Below, piece after piece: positions 1 through 9,888 of a stretch of DNA of 64,000 nt (positions within the stretch are counted from its first letter, which is position 1; every line of letters starts with the position of its first letter). Both the position numbers and the translations under genes were made by a program. The notes below the pieces were generated by a model. That model saw only the letters and a list, made by a program, of their open reading frames with translations, was not told the DNA's origin and searched no databases. This DNA is from an uncultured Candidatus Saccharibacteria bacterium (lineage in GTDB: Bacteria; Patescibacteriota; Saccharimonadia; Saccharimonadales; Saccharimonadaceae), in assembly GCA_964552765.1 (NCBI GenBank), contig CAZKIA010000001.1, positions 61,983 through 125,982 on the forward strand. Direction: 5' to 3'.

Positions 1-420
1 TAGCTCGTCGATATTCACATTCATGTCACGTAGCAACACAGTAGCCCGTGCATTCTTCTGGCTAAGAATACTAAACAAAATATGTTCAGTACCACAATAA
101 TCCTGACGAAATTCCTGCGCCACATCCCAACTCATCCGTAATGTTAACTTAGCCGTTTCACTGAGGCCTTTAGCCCCAACACTCACTACAAGTGCTCGTG
201 GCGTCATATTGAGGGCGCTCTGTGCTCGTTCAAGCGTCACGCCCGCATCGGCTAGTAACTTTGCCCCGACTGATGCCTCCTGTGCGAGTACACCAAGCAT
301 CAGATGTTCTGTCCCAATGTATGAGCTCCCAAGACTTCGTGCTGTCATCTCAGCATGCTGCAAGCTCCCCCGCGCATTATCGGTGAGATGATCGAGAAAG
401 TCCGAAAAATTTTCTGGCAT
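1..420 (-). CDS. Clp-family AAA+ chaperone (ClpC/ClpB-like), N-terminal part only; gene continues past the left edge
   Basis: Absent from the ORF track because it is truncated. Hand translation of the minus strand from the ATG at 418-420 gives MPENFSDFLDHLTDNARGSLQHAEMTARSLGSSYIGTEHLMLGVLAQ...QDYCGTEHILFSILSQ, with no stop down to position 1. This shows two Clp_N-type repeats, each with the G-T-E-H-(L/I) signature. Confidence 0.7.
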   Translation of the reverse strand, partial: MPENFSDFLDHLTDNARGSLQHAEMTARSLGSSYIGTEHLMLGVLAQEASVGAKLLADAGVTLERAQSALNMTPRALVVSVGAKGLSETAKLTLRMSWDVAQEFRQDYCGTEHILFSILSQKNARATVLLRDMNVNIDEL

Positions 421-500
421 GATATACGCCCCCTCTTATTTGCAACCGTTCAGGATTGTGGCAGTCGTTGGTCGCATTACTTTATACTACGAGTATACCA

Positions 501-533
501 AAACTAGCACTCCCAATGCAAGAGTGCTAGTTT
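501..533 (-). terminator. Hairpin downstream of nusA (candidate intrinsic terminator)
   Basis: Perfect 12-bp inverted repeat AAACTAGCACTC (501-512) / GAGTGCTAGTTT (522-533). On the minus strand it ends in a short T run. It lies between the nusA stop (568) and the clp start (420). Confidence 0.5.
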
Positions 534-567
534 ATAATATGCGACTGTGACAAGCCCCGAGTACTAC

Positions 568-1710
568 TTACTCTTCAGTAGACTCATTAATGGCACTAAA
601 GAGATCATCCTCAATGTTTTTGCGAGGCTTTTTCTCGGCAGCTGGCTTGGCGGCAGGCATCGATGACGCTGGGGTAATATCCAGCTCATAGCCCGTTAGC
701 TTGCTGGCGAGACGCACGTTTTGACCACCACGACCAATTGCAATTGATTGCTGGTCTTCGGTCACAAATACTTTTGCGCGCTTGTCTTTGGCGGTTTCTT
801 CGATCTCGATCTTGGCAATCTCAGCTGGGCTCAGGGCGTTCGCGATAAAGTTCTTAATGTCGTCGTCGTAAGTAATGATATCGATCTTTTCCTGTTCGCC
901 AATCTCATTCATGACAGCATTGACACGTGTACCATGACCACCCACAAATGTGCCTACAGGGTCAACCCCCGGCACATTGCTCGCAACAGCAAGCTTGGTG
1001 CGCTTACCGGCTTCACGAGCGATTGTCTTGATCTCGACAGCGCCTGTCTCCATTTCTGGGACTTCTTGGCGGAACAGATACTCAACAAAGGCTTCATTGG
1101 CACGAGTCAGGATAAGCTGTGGGCCGCGATTGTCGCGCTCAACATCCTTCAAAAACACCTTGATACGGCTGCCGATACTATAAAATTCACCCGGGATTTG
1201 TTCGCTCTGCGGCAAGATACCTACTGTCTTGCCCATCTCAATACGGACAACTCGTGGCTCAACACGCTGGACAGTCCCGACCAGCACCGTACCGATTTTG
1301 TCGGCAAACTCTTCCATGACAACTTCACGCTCTGCTTCGCGAAGTTTTTGCAGGACAACTTGCTTGGCAGTCTGAGCGGCCACGCGACCAAAACTGGTAG
1401 CCTCAAAGCCTTCCTCGACAGTCTCGCCAACCTTGGCATCTTTGCGTATCTTGCGCGCCTCAGACTCCGTGAGTTCTGTTGCGGGGTTTTCTACCTCATC
1501 AACAACTTGATAGATAACGTAGACTTTTGCTGTACCTTTAACCGTATTGAGCTCGGCGCGAACATCTTGGTCGCGGTCACCATTGTCTCGACGCCAGGCA
1601 GCGGCAATTGCCTGCTGTACGACATCCATCACTGTCTCCTCAGGGAGGTTTTTTTCCTCAGCAATCGTCGTGATCGCCAGGACTAATTGTTTTACGTTGA
1701 GATCATCCAT
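568..1710 (-). CDS. nusA: Transcription termination/antitermination factor NusA
   Basis: ORF 568..1797. It has an N-terminal NusA-like region, an S1-like segment and KH modules (IAIGRGGQNVRLASKLTG). I place the start at MDDLNVKQLV (ATG at 1708-1710) because AAAGGAA lies about 12 nt upstream. The longer track start at 1797 is also possible. Confidence 0.85.
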   Translation of the reverse strand: MDDLNVKQLVLAITTIAEEKNLPEETVMDVVQQAIAAAWRRDNGDRDQDVRAELNTVKGTAKVYVIYQVVDEVENPATELTESEARKIRKDAKVGETVEEGFEATSFGRVAAQTAKQVVLQKLREAEREVVMEEFADKIGTVLVGTVQRVEPRVVRIEMGKTVGILPQSEQIPGEFYSIGSRIKVFLKDVERDNRGPQLILTRANEAFVEYLFRQEVPEMETGAVEIKTIAREAGKRTKLAVASNVPGVDPVGTFVGGHGTRVNAVMNEIGEQEKIDIITYDDDIKNFIANALSPAEIAKIEIEETAKDKRAKVFVTEDQQSIAIGRGGQNVRLASKLTGYELDITPASSMPAAKPAAEKKPRKNIEDDLFSAINESTEE

Positions 1711-1835
1711 AATGTGAAAATTCCTTTCGTTTTCATCAAAAAACCCGACCTGCCGGTCGGATCTGTACGTATTCATCATAGCACTTGTTTGTGCCAACCG
1801 TCAACCATTCTCTGCTTTTTTGCTACTATATATCT

Positions 1836-4292
1836 ATGCAGCCCGCACCAAGACTATACGAAACATTCCAGCCCAAAACCTACCGTCTTGATCTTACTAT
1901 CAACCGTGAGGCGCGTACATTTTCGGGCATTGTTAGCATTACCGGAGAAAAATTTGGCGATGCGCCGATAGCATTTCATGCTAAAGATTTGGTGATTACA
2001 AACATCCAGGTAGGCGATACGATCGTCCCCTACACTCAGCACGAGTATGATGAACTTCGCCTCGATGCTTTGTTTGTGCCGGGTGTTTATCAGGTAACGA
2101 TTGAATTTAATGGCGCTATTACCGACCCAATGACCGGCATGTACCCTTGCTACTACTCAGAAAATGGGGTGAAAAAAGAATTGATCATGACGCAATTTGA
2201 GTCACACCATGCCCGTGAGGTGTTCCCCTGCATTGACGAGCCGGAAGCCAAGGCAATATTTGACCTCACATTAGTGACGGAACCAGACGTGACCGTCCTC
2301 TCAAATGCACCGATTCTAAAATCAAAAATCCATCCGCAAGCTGGCGGACTAAAATCTACAACTTTTCAAACAACGCCGCGCATGAGTACGTACTTGCTCG
2401 CTTGGGTAATTGGCGATCTGCATCATGAAAGCGCCACCACCAAAAATGGCACAGAAGTCCGTGTCTACGGTACGAAAGCTCAGCCAGTCGAGACATTTAC
2501 CTATCCGTTGGCGCGTGCTGTTGATTTGATTGAGTTTTATGAAGACTATTTTGGCGTGCCTTACCCGCTTGCCAAGTGCGATCACGTGGCCGTACCGGAT
2601 TTTTCAGCTGCAGCGATGGAGAACTGGGGGCTTATTACCTACCGTGAGAGCTGTCTGCTTATTACCGACAGCGGCAGCCCAAGCCTCAAGCAGTACATCA
2701 CGACTGTTATCGCCCATGAACTCGCACATCAATGGTTTGGCAACCTTGTCACGATGAAGTGGTGGGACGATCTCTGGCTCAATGAAAGCTTTGCCAACAT
2801 CATGCAGTATATTGCAATTGATGCACTGTATCCCGAATGGAATATCTGGCATATGTTTCATACCCTCGAAACAACAATCGCCCTGTCACGTGATCAGCTA
2901 CCATCAATTCAGCCTGTACTTCATGAGATCAATCACCCGGATGATATCGGGCCAGCATTTGATAAGGCAATTACCTATGCCAAGGGCAGTCGTATCATCC
3001 GCATGATGATAGAACTTATGGGTCATGAGGAATTTCGCGTTGGCATGAAGCGATATTTTGACACCTATGCCTACAGCAACACATCACGGACAGATTTGTG
3101 GAATTCGCTTGCATCCGATACTCATGACATTCCGACATTTATGACTGAGTGGTTATCTCGTCCGGGATTTCCCATTGTTTCCGTCGTCGATGGCCAACTA
3201 CGCCAACACCGTTTCAATGGCCATGACAGCCAGCCATGGCCATTGCCAATTTGGCATAGTGGACAATGGCAAATGCTCGATGAATCCTCGTTACTTTCTG
3301 AATCCCCTATTATTAATCACAATGCAATCGGCCACTACATCGTCTCGTATGATGACACCTCTTTTGATCGCCTGATCAATTCATTTGATACGCTGAGCCC
3401 TGTCGAACAAGCCGAGGCGATTTACGAACATGCCTTGCTCGCTCAGTCCGGCGACACAACAACCGAGCGGCTTGTGCGACTACTTCATCTGGCTCGCCAC
3501 AGCGATCAAGATGTCGTGTGGGGAACGATTACTATCGTCCTAACGATGCTCAGCACTCGCTCGCTAACATCACCCCATTACGAGAAACTTCAGGAAAATA
3601 TTCGTCGATTTATTGCGCCGGCACTCAAAACATATGGCACGACACCACGCGATAATGAATCAGACAACGACCGCAAAATCCGCTCTATCTTGCTCCAGCT
3701 CGGTATTTTAGCCCATGACGATACGCTCATACAGCAATTGCATGCTCGCTACACAGAGTTGTCGATTGACCAGGTAGCGGGTGCCGAACAATACGCACTT
3801 CTCGCCGCTACTATCATTAACGATCCGTCTGCTTATGAGCCGCTTCTATCACGCTACACCAAGTTACAAAATGGTGAACTGCGCGAAAACCTAATGCATG
3901 CGCTCACCTGCTCGCAGCGGTCGGAGCACATTGATCAACTGATACGTGCTCTGACGAATCCTGATCGCATTAAACCACAAAACTTACCGTGGCTATTTCT
4001 GGGTTTGCTGAGGAATCCTCATGCCCAAGCAAAAATCTGGCAGTGGCTCGAATCTCACTGGGATTGGATTGAACGAACATATCAAGGTGATTCATTGATA
4101 ATCGAAAAATTTGCTATCTATGGCGGCGTGGCGCTCACGGGGGATGAATGGCTGCAGCGCTACGACCAATTCTTTGCCGCTCACACAATCAAAGGCGGCG
4201 AACGTGCCATCGCTACGGCCAAGGAAGCAATTGCACTCCGTACTGCCTGGCAAGAACGCGAACCGACTATCGCTCTATGGTACGATGATTAG
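1836..4292 (+). CDS. pepN: M1-family aminopeptidase N
   Basis: It carries a GAMEN-type motif (AAAMENWG) and the zinc site HELAHQWFGNLVTMKWWDDLWLNESFA (HEXXH-18-E). The start is taken at MQPAPRLYETF (ATG 1836), with TACTAT 6 nt upstream. The track ORF starts at 1785. Confidence 0.9.
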   Translation: MQPAPRLYETFQPKTYRLDLTINREARTFSGIVSITGEKFGDAPIAFHAKDLVITNIQVGDTIVPYTQHEYDELRLDALFVPGVYQVTIEFNGAITDPMTGMYPCYYSENGVKKELIMTQFESHHAREVFPCIDEPEAKAIFDLTLVTEPDVTVLSNAPILKSKIHPQAGGLKSTTFQTTPRMSTYLLAWVIGDLHHESATTKNGTEVRVYGTKAQPVETFTYPLARAVDLIEFYEDYFGVPYPLAKCDHVAVPDFSAAAMENWGLITYRESCLLITDSGSPSLKQYITTVIAHELAHQWFGNLVTMKWWDDLWLNESFANIMQYIAIDALYPEWNIWHMFHTLETTIALSRDQLPSIQPVLHEINHPDDIGPAFDKAITYAKGSRIIRMMIELMGHEEFRVGMKRYFDTYAYSNTSRTDLWNSLASDTHDIPTFMTEWLSRPGFPIVSVVDGQLRQHRFNGHDSQPWPLPIWHSGQWQMLDESSLLSESPIINHNAIGHYIVSYDDTSFDRLINSFDTLSPVEQAEAIYEHALLAQSGDTTTERLVRLLHLARHSDQDVVWGTITIVLTMLSTRSLTSPHYEKLQENIRRFIAPALKTYGTTPRDNESDNDRKIRSILLQLGILAHDDTLIQQLHARYTELSIDQVAGAEQYALLAATIINDPSAYEPLLSRYTKLQNGELRENLMHALTCSQRSEHIDQLIRALTNPDRIKPQNLPWLFLGLLRNPHAQAKIWQWLESHWDWIERTYQGDSLIIEKFAIYGGVALTGDEWLQRYDQFFAAHTIKGGERAIATAKEAIALRTAWQEREPTIALWYDD

Positions 4293-6212
4293 ATGAATAA
4301 TCAAGATTTTGACACATCATTTCGCCCGCAAGACGACTACTTTGGGTATGTAAATAATACATGGCTGCGTGACAACCCTATACCACCTACTGAAAGCACC
4401 TGGGGGACGTTTTATGTACTGCGCGACAATGCCACTTCGGCTGTCCGCGATATATTCGCTCGCCTGGACACAGCAAAACCATCTAGTCTAAGCCACGATC
4501 AACAGCTACTTCAGACGTATTATCGCACCGCACTAAAGTTTGATGAGCTAAAAGAAACTCATCATGAATTCCTGTCTCGTCTCATCACAACAATCGATGA
4601 CATCGCGAGCCCACGCGATCTTGCTTATTACCTTGGGCAGGCACATCGCAAGGGTCAATCTGCTCTCTGGACACTCTACGTCGACCATGACGACAAGGAC
4701 AGCCAGCGGCATGTGCTGCGCTTTCATCAGAGCGGTCTGTCGCTACCCAATCGTGATTACTACCTGGATGAATCCGACCATATGCGCGAAATTCGTCGCA
4801 AATACGAACACTATTATCTGCAGATGCAGCGCCATCTTCCTAGTATTGTCACGTCGGATTGGCAGCATGTCATCGATCTTGAACAATCGATCGCAACGCA
4901 CGCGTGGACAAATGTTGTCTTGCGCGATGTTGCGAAAAATTACAATCCTATAACCCGTCAGGAACTCATGCAGCAGTATGACTTTGACTGGATGGCATAT
5001 TTTGATGGTCTCGGCTGGAAAACACCTAATGATGCGCTGGTTATCAGCCAGCCGTCATTTATGAAAGAAATGGTGGCACTCACACATGATATCGATACTA
5101 TCAAAGGATATCTACGTTGGCAGGCACTCAAAGGCTACCAGAGCTGGATAGACGCAACCAGCGCTCAGCTGACATTTGATTTCTTTGGCACCGCCATCAA
5201 TGGCATGACCGAGATGAAACCACTATGGAAGCGTGCCGTCCTGCAGGCTGACGGACTCATTATCGGTGAAGCTATCGGTCGTGAATACGTGGCGAAGCAC
5301 TTTCCTGAATCATCAAAGCAAGCCGTCCACGATATTGTCGAGGATGTTCGCCGCGCCTATCATGCACGGCTTGATCGACTCAGCTGGATGAGCGAGAAGA
5401 CGAAAAAAAGGGCTCACAAAAAACTTGACAATATTTCTGTTTTTGTCGGCTATCCTTCCGTCTGGAAAGACCTTTCTTCACTTCATTTGTCAGATGATAA
5501 TCATCTTGAAAACCTCGTGAAACTACGTGAATTTGATAGTGATCTTGAACTCGCAAAAGTTGGCAACCGTCCGGCCGACGAAGAATGGGAGATGAATGCC
5601 CATACCGTCAACGCCTACCATCACCCTAATCGCCTGGAGATTGTTTTTCCAGCAGCGATACTACAGCCGCCGTTTTACGACCCCAAAGCATCGCTCGCTG
5701 CTAACTACGGTGGCGTTGGTGCGGTAGTAGGACATGAATTCACCCACGGATTCGATGACCAAGGTGCTGACTTTGATGAAGAAGGCAATACCAATCGCTG
5801 GCAAACTCCGGCCGAGCGCAAGGCATTTGATGCCCTGGCCGAAAACATCGTCAAACAAGCCGATGCCTTTGAGACTGTTCCTGGTGTGCACCTCCAAGGC
5901 AAGCTTATTTTGGGTGAAGCGATCGCCGACATTGGTGGACTCGAACTTGCTATCGAAGCCTACCAAATGAAATCAACAGAGACAAATATGCCCGCTCAGA
6001 TGAAAGAGCTCTTTATTAACTTTGCTCGTTGTGAGTGTGCCCACGCGACATTAGAGCGCGCTATCGAACTCGCCAAAGTAGACCCGCATCCGCCATCTCG
6101 CTTCCGCGTCAACTGCGTCGTGTGCCATGTTGATACTTTTTACGAGACCTACAATGTGACGAGCGACGACGCCCTCTATCTCCCGTCAAAGCAACGCGCC
6201 AAAATTTGGTAA
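4293..6212 (+). CDS. M13-family (neprilysin/PepO-like) zinc endopeptidase
   Basis: It has HEFTHGFDDQG (HEXXH) and GEAIADIGG (EXXXD), at a length typical of PepO. The start codon abuts the pepN stop (TAGATG). Confidence 0.85.
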   Translation: MNNQDFDTSFRPQDDYFGYVNNTWLRDNPIPPTESTWGTFYVLRDNATSAVRDIFARLDTAKPSSLSHDQQLLQTYYRTALKFDELKETHHEFLSRLITTIDDIASPRDLAYYLGQAHRKGQSALWTLYVDHDDKDSQRHVLRFHQSGLSLPNRDYYLDESDHMREIRRKYEHYYLQMQRHLPSIVTSDWQHVIDLEQSIATHAWTNVVLRDVAKNYNPITRQELMQQYDFDWMAYFDGLGWKTPNDALVISQPSFMKEMVALTHDIDTIKGYLRWQALKGYQSWIDATSAQLTFDFFGTAINGMTEMKPLWKRAVLQADGLIIGEAIGREYVAKHFPESSKQAVHDIVEDVRRAYHARLDRLSWMSEKTKKRAHKKLDNISVFVGYPSVWKDLSSLHLSDDNHLENLVKLREFDSDLELAKVGNRPADEEWEMNAHTVNAYHHPNRLEIVFPAAILQPPFYDPKASLAANYGGVGAVVGHEFTHGFDDQGADFDEEGNTNRWQTPAERKAFDALAENIVKQADAFETVPGVHLQGKLILGEAIADIGGLELAIEAYQMKSTETNMPAQMKELFINFARCECAHATLERAIELAKVDPHPPSRFRVNCVVCHVDTFYETYNVTSDDALYLPSKQRAKIW

Positions 6213-6229
6213 TACTCCCCGCCTCAGGA

Positions 6230-7240
6230 CTACAGGGCATTGTCTACGAATGCCGTCACCGACATATCATCGCCCGTCACTTCGATAACGCTTAACTGTG
6301 CATTATGCTCGCCATTGCTATGCAGCCATAGCCGCGCCGCAAAATTCATTTGGTTTAGTTTGCGTGGGGTGATCGCAGCGATGCCACCACCTTGGTCAGC
6401 TCGTCGCCGATATTTCACTTCGACGAAATACACCACGTCATCCTTGCTAGCTATAATATCGATCTCGCACCATTTGGTTTTCCAGTTGCGCTCGATGATC
6501 GTATAGCCGCACTCTTCTAGATACTGACTCGCCGCCATTTCAGCCATTTTGCCCACGCCCGTCGTATCCTTTTTCGCTCTGCCCTCTTGATTCTCGCTAC
6601 TTTCCACAGGTAACTTCCCAGCATCATCTCCTCCATGCGCATTTTTTAGCACGTGCGAATTTATGCGTACACTTGCTTCGCTGTCAGTTGCCAGTGACTT
6701 CATGGGCTCAAATGACATCCGATGGAGCGGCGTCACTCCACTAGCATCAATGCCCACCCGATGAGCCGCAGCCCCATACCCTACGTTGCCATCCCATTTA
6801 TAATTAGGAAATAGCTCGTGACAACTGTACATATAATGATCACGGGCTACTTTGGCGATGATCGACGCCGCACTGACGCTGGGTACCAAGAGGTCAGCTT
6901 TTTTCATAAGTGTCACCCGCGGATCATCAATTAGCCGCATAGTACCATCGATGATGATCTGATCGTCATCAGCAAGTGATATCTGCGCTAGTGCTCGTCG
7001 CGCCGCCAGCTTCAATGCCGCCGAAATACCGATACGATCGATATCGCGCGCACTTACCCAACCAATGCCTACCCGTGGTGCCATTTGCTTAATCACAATC
7101 GACAGTTGTTCGCGTTTTTTCTTGCTAAGTAGTTTACTGTCGGTCAGCCCCTCTATCTCAACACCACCCATGCTAACTGCGCCTACGACAACAGGCCCTG
7201 CCCATGCCCCACGCCCAACTTCATCAATACCAATAATCAT
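6230..7240 (-). CDS. rnhB: RNase HII fused to a YraN/UPF0102-type endonuclease domain
   Basis: The N-terminus MIIGIDEVGRGAWAGPVVVGAV is the RNase HII DEVGRG motif. After a ~40-aa linker, the C-terminus AASQYLEECGYTIIERNWKTKWCEIDIIASKDDVVYFVEVKYRR matches the YraN pattern (GEIDLI...FVEVK.R). Confidence 0.85.
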   Translation of the reverse strand: MIIGIDEVGRGAWAGPVVVGAVSMGGVEIEGLTDSKLLSKKKREQLSIVIKQMAPRVGIGWVSARDIDRIGISAALKLAARRALAQISLADDDQIIIDGTMRLIDDPRVTLMKKADLLVPSVSAASIIAKVARDHYMYSCHELFPNYKWDGNVGYGAAAHRVGIDASGVTPLHRMSFEPMKSLATDSEASVRINSHVLKNAHGGDDAGKLPVESSENQEGRAKKDTTGVGKMAEMAASQYLEECGYTIIERNWKTKWCEIDIIASKDDVVYFVEVKYRRRADQGGGIAAITPRKLNQMNFAARLWLHSNGEHNAQLSVIEVTGDDMSVTAFVDNAL

Positions 7241-7315
7241 CTTACTAGTGTAGCGTATACTGGATAGTACACGAGAGAAATACTTTCGTGCGTCGACAGA
7301 GTGGAGTCTGCATTT

Positions 7316-7495
7316 ATGTCTGCATCACCCGAAGGTGTCGCCCATGACATCATCGCCAAGTATGGATTCACCCGCGATTACTTTTGCAGTGAAGAGGGTC
7401 GCCGCCTGATTTCGGAGACAATTACAAAAGAATCCTGGGGACTACCCCCAGATCGTCACTCCCAGGTGCTTGAACACATACAGCAAATGATCTGA
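7316..7495 (+). CDS. Small hypothetical protein (59 aa)
   Basis: This is the ATG-started part of ORF 7301..7495 (MSASPEGVAHDIIAKYGF...). GGAG lies about 9 nt upstream and two hairpins follow it. No motif recognised. Confidence 0.3.
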   Translation: MSASPEGVAHDIIAKYGFTRDYFCSEEGRRLISETITKESWGLPPDRHSQVLEHIQQMI

Positions 7496-7588
7496 CCCTA
7501 CGAGCGACTCATCTCTCGCATAGACAATGGCGTCTAGGCGAGAGATGGTTGAGCACTCTACTCTGTCGCAACTATACGAAAATAAAAT

Positions 7589-7617
7589 CCCGCCCTCAGT
7601 TGCACAATGAGGGCGGA
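7589..7617. terminator. Bidirectional hairpin terminator downstream of rplS
   Basis: A 9-bp perfect stem CCGCCCTCA (7590-7598) / TGAGGGCGG (7608-7616). It is flanked by an A-rich run on the left, which reads as a T run on the minus strand after the stem, and by AATTTATTATT on the right. Confidence 0.65.
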
Positions 7618-7640
7618 ATTTATTATTAACGATAAATAAA

Positions 7641-8162
7641 CTAGCTATTGGCCTTGTGGGCAGCTTCAACTTCAGCTTGCTTCTTCTCAAGCTCGGCGGC
7701 TTCGGCAGCTTCGGCAGCAGCTTTTTCCTCGGCTGCTTTAGCGGCGGCTTCTTTCATCTCGGCTTCGGCTTTTTCAGCCTCAAGGTCACGTACGTCATTG
7801 ACTGATTCGCGGTCAAAGTTAACACCGGTCAGGCGCGTACCTTTACCGACGCGGTTACGAAGGTAGCTAAGGTAGTTACGGCGAACTTTACTTCGCTTTG
7901 TCACCTCGATCTTCAGCACTAATGGGCTATGAATAAGGAAACTCTTCTCAACTCCGACACCGCTGGCGATCTTGCGCACTGTGATACGGCTAGTTAGGCT
8001 GTCTTTGCGGTCGGTACGAATAACAGTACCCTCAAAGATCTGCGTACGTTCTTTGGCGCCTTCTTTAATTTTCTGATGAACACGAACAGTATCGCCGCTG
8101 CGTACATCGACAACTTTTTTCTTCTTTTGTGAGTCGTTAACCTTTTGAATTAATGCAAACAT
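7641..8162 (-). CDS. rplS: 50S ribosomal protein L19 with an A/E/K-rich C-terminal extension
   Basis: The core sequence is typical of L19: DVRSGDTVRVHQKIKEGAKERTQIFEGTVI...VRKIASGVGVEKSFLIHSPLVLKIEV. About 55 extra C-terminal residues follow (EAEKAEAEMKEAAAKAAEEKAAAEAAEAAELEKK...). AAGGTGA lies upstream. Confidence 0.9.
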   Translation of the reverse strand: MFALIQKVNDSQKKKKVVDVRSGDTVRVHQKIKEGAKERTQIFEGTVIRTDRKDSLTSRITVRKIASGVGVEKSFLIHSPLVLKIEVTKRSKVRRNYLSYLRNRVGKGTRLTGVNFDRESVNDVRDLEAEKAEAEMKEAAAKAAEEKAAAEAAEAAELEKKQAEVEAAHKANS

Positions 8163-8213
8163 TGCTCTTCACCTTAGATTTATATCAATAGTCAGGTATC
8201 AACTATAGCAGGT

Positions 8214-8708
8214 TTATCTCTGTTTGAAAAGAGTTTTTACGAGCCAGTACACTATATATACAATCAATGCCCCTAAAGTGTTGGCAAATAAGTCCCATGA
8301 CGTATCAGTAAGGGGTACTGTGCTCATCCCGATTTCGTAGGCAAACAGCTCATAGAGCTCGTTGAGTACACCAAGGGCACTGACGGCCACGTAGAGCATA
8401 ATCGCCTGTTGCCACCACTCCCATTTTCTCATCAATGGCATAAAATATATCCACAGTAGCCCCACCATAACTCCGCCACCTATGAGATGGGTTGTGAATT
8501 GAGTATTCTGACCATGGATCAGCGGTGTCGGGTAAAACATAGCGAGCGCGAAGAGAGTGCACGCAAGCGCCAAAAGCCTGATGTCACCACCGACATGGTA
8601 CCGCTTGTCAATTTTTCGAACGACAATAAATAGTAACACCGGCACAATCAGCAAATATACTAAGGTATTGATAATGAAACCCATATCTACTGTTATACTT
8701 GTACTCAT
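8214..8708 (-). CDS. Integral membrane protein, function unknown (weakly VanZ-like)
   Basis: It has 4-5 hydrophobic segments. The C-terminal DTSWDLFANTLGA only loosely resembles VanZ-type motifs. The start could be the internal MGFIINTL. Confidence 0.5.
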   Translation of the reverse strand: MSTSITVDMGFIINTLVYLLIVPVLLFIVVRKIDKRYHVGGDIRLLALACTLFALAMFYPTPLIHGQNTQFTTHLIGGGVMVGLLWIYFMPLMRKWEWWQQAIMLYVAVSALGVLNELYELFAYEIGMSTVPLTDTSWDLFANTLGALIVYIVYWLVKTLFKQR

Positions 8709-9840
8709 GGATTATGACAACCTAGCATTAGAACTTCACAAAAAATATAAAGGCAAAATAACGACGAAGCTCCGTGACGATCGCGAGCTAACACGTACCG
8801 AGCTCAGCGCCTATTACACTCCTGGCGTCGCAGCCGTCAGTAAAGCAATCGCAGCCAATGAATCATTATTACCTGTCTACACCTGGACAAATAACCTTGT
8901 TGCCGTGATATCAGATGGCTCGGCGGTTCTTGGCCTTGGGAATATTGGCCCTCGCGGCTCGATGCCCGTTATGGAAGGTAAGGCGCTGCTTTTTAAACAT
9001 TTTGCCGATATTGACAGTATACCTATCATTCTCGATGTACATACCCCAGACGAGATCGTGGCGACAGTTAAGGCAATTGCTCCTAGCTTTGGGGCGATCA
9101 ACCTTGAAGACATCGCCGCCCCACAATGTTTTGAGATCGAAGAACGCCTCAAAGACGAGCTCGATATCCCCGTATTCCACGATGATCAACATGGTACAGC
9201 CGTCGTGGTGCTTGCTGGCCTCATAAATGCCATGAAGGTCACCGGCAAAAATCTCTACGAGTGCAAGGTTGTTATGGTTGGTGCAGGTGCAGCCGGAACG
9301 GCAATTACAAAACTATTGCATCGCTACGGTGTCGGCACAATCTACGCCGTCGATAGCAAAGGCGTTATCAATGACAATCGGACTGACCTCAATGCCGAGA
9401 AAACTGCTCTTCTCACCTATCTTGAATCAGATATCTCTGGCTCATTACAAGATGTGATCAAGGGAGCTGATATATTCATCGGCGTCTCACAACCTGGCCT
9501 CCTCACTCCCGACATGATCAAAAGCATGAATCCCGACCCAATCATCTTTGCCCTCGCTAACCCAACTCCAGAGATCATGCCTGATGAGGCACGCGCTGCT
9601 GGGGCAGCCATCGTCGCCACAGGACGCAGCGACTTTCCAAATCAAGTCAACAATGCGATTGCCTTTCCTGGCATCTTTCGCGGTGCACTCGATCATGGCG
9701 TCAAAAAGATTACCGATGACCACAAGATCGCTGCAGCTGAAGCAATCGCTTCACTTGTTGTCTCGCCAACGCGGGAGGCGATCATTCCTTCTGTTTTTGA
9801 TGAACAACTGGTGCCGGTTATCTCAGAAAAAATTATCTAG
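8707..9840 (+). CDS. NAD(P)-dependent malic enzyme (short, MaeB N-domain type)
   Basis: Typical blocks are YTPGVAAV, LGLGNIGP..MPVMEGKALLFK, FGAINLEDI and the Rossmann motif VMVGAGAAG. The start is taken at MDYDNLALEL (ATG 8707), with TATACT 7 nt upstream. The track ORF begins at 8557 inside the opposite-strand gene. Confidence 0.85.
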   Translation: MDYDNLALELHKKYKGKITTKLRDDRELTRTELSAYYTPGVAAVSKAIAANESLLPVYTWTNNLVAVISDGSAVLGLGNIGPRGSMPVMEGKALLFKHFADIDSIPIILDVHTPDEIVATVKAIAPSFGAINLEDIAAPQCFEIEERLKDELDIPVFHDDQHGTAVVVLAGLINAMKVTGKNLYECKVVMVGAGAAGTAITKLLHRYGVGTIYAVDSKGVINDNRTDLNAEKTALLTYLESDISGSLQDVIKGADIFIGVSQPGLLTPDMIKSMNPDPIIFALANPTPEIMPDEARAAGAAIVATGRSDFPNQVNNAIAFPGIFRGALDHGVKKITDDHKIAAAEAIASLVVSPTREAIIPSVFDEQLVPVISEKII

Positions 9841-9888
9841 TCGACATTTTACCTCCAAAGTGCACACTGCTTATGCTCGCAATCTCCT

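Noticed and set aside
748-1686. 312-aa ORF on the plus strand, antisense to nusA
   Set aside because: It lies entirely within and opposite a well-supported NusA gene. The sequence is low-complexity and Leu/Phe/Asp-biased with no motif, which is typical of a shadow ORF.
8557-8706. 5' extension of the malic enzyme ORF
   Set aside because: The extension overlaps the opposite-strand membrane gene and adds non-homologous sequence. The ATG at 8707 matches the usual N-terminus and the local -10 box. Similar track extensions were trimmed at 1785-1835, 12774-12833 and 47081-47257.
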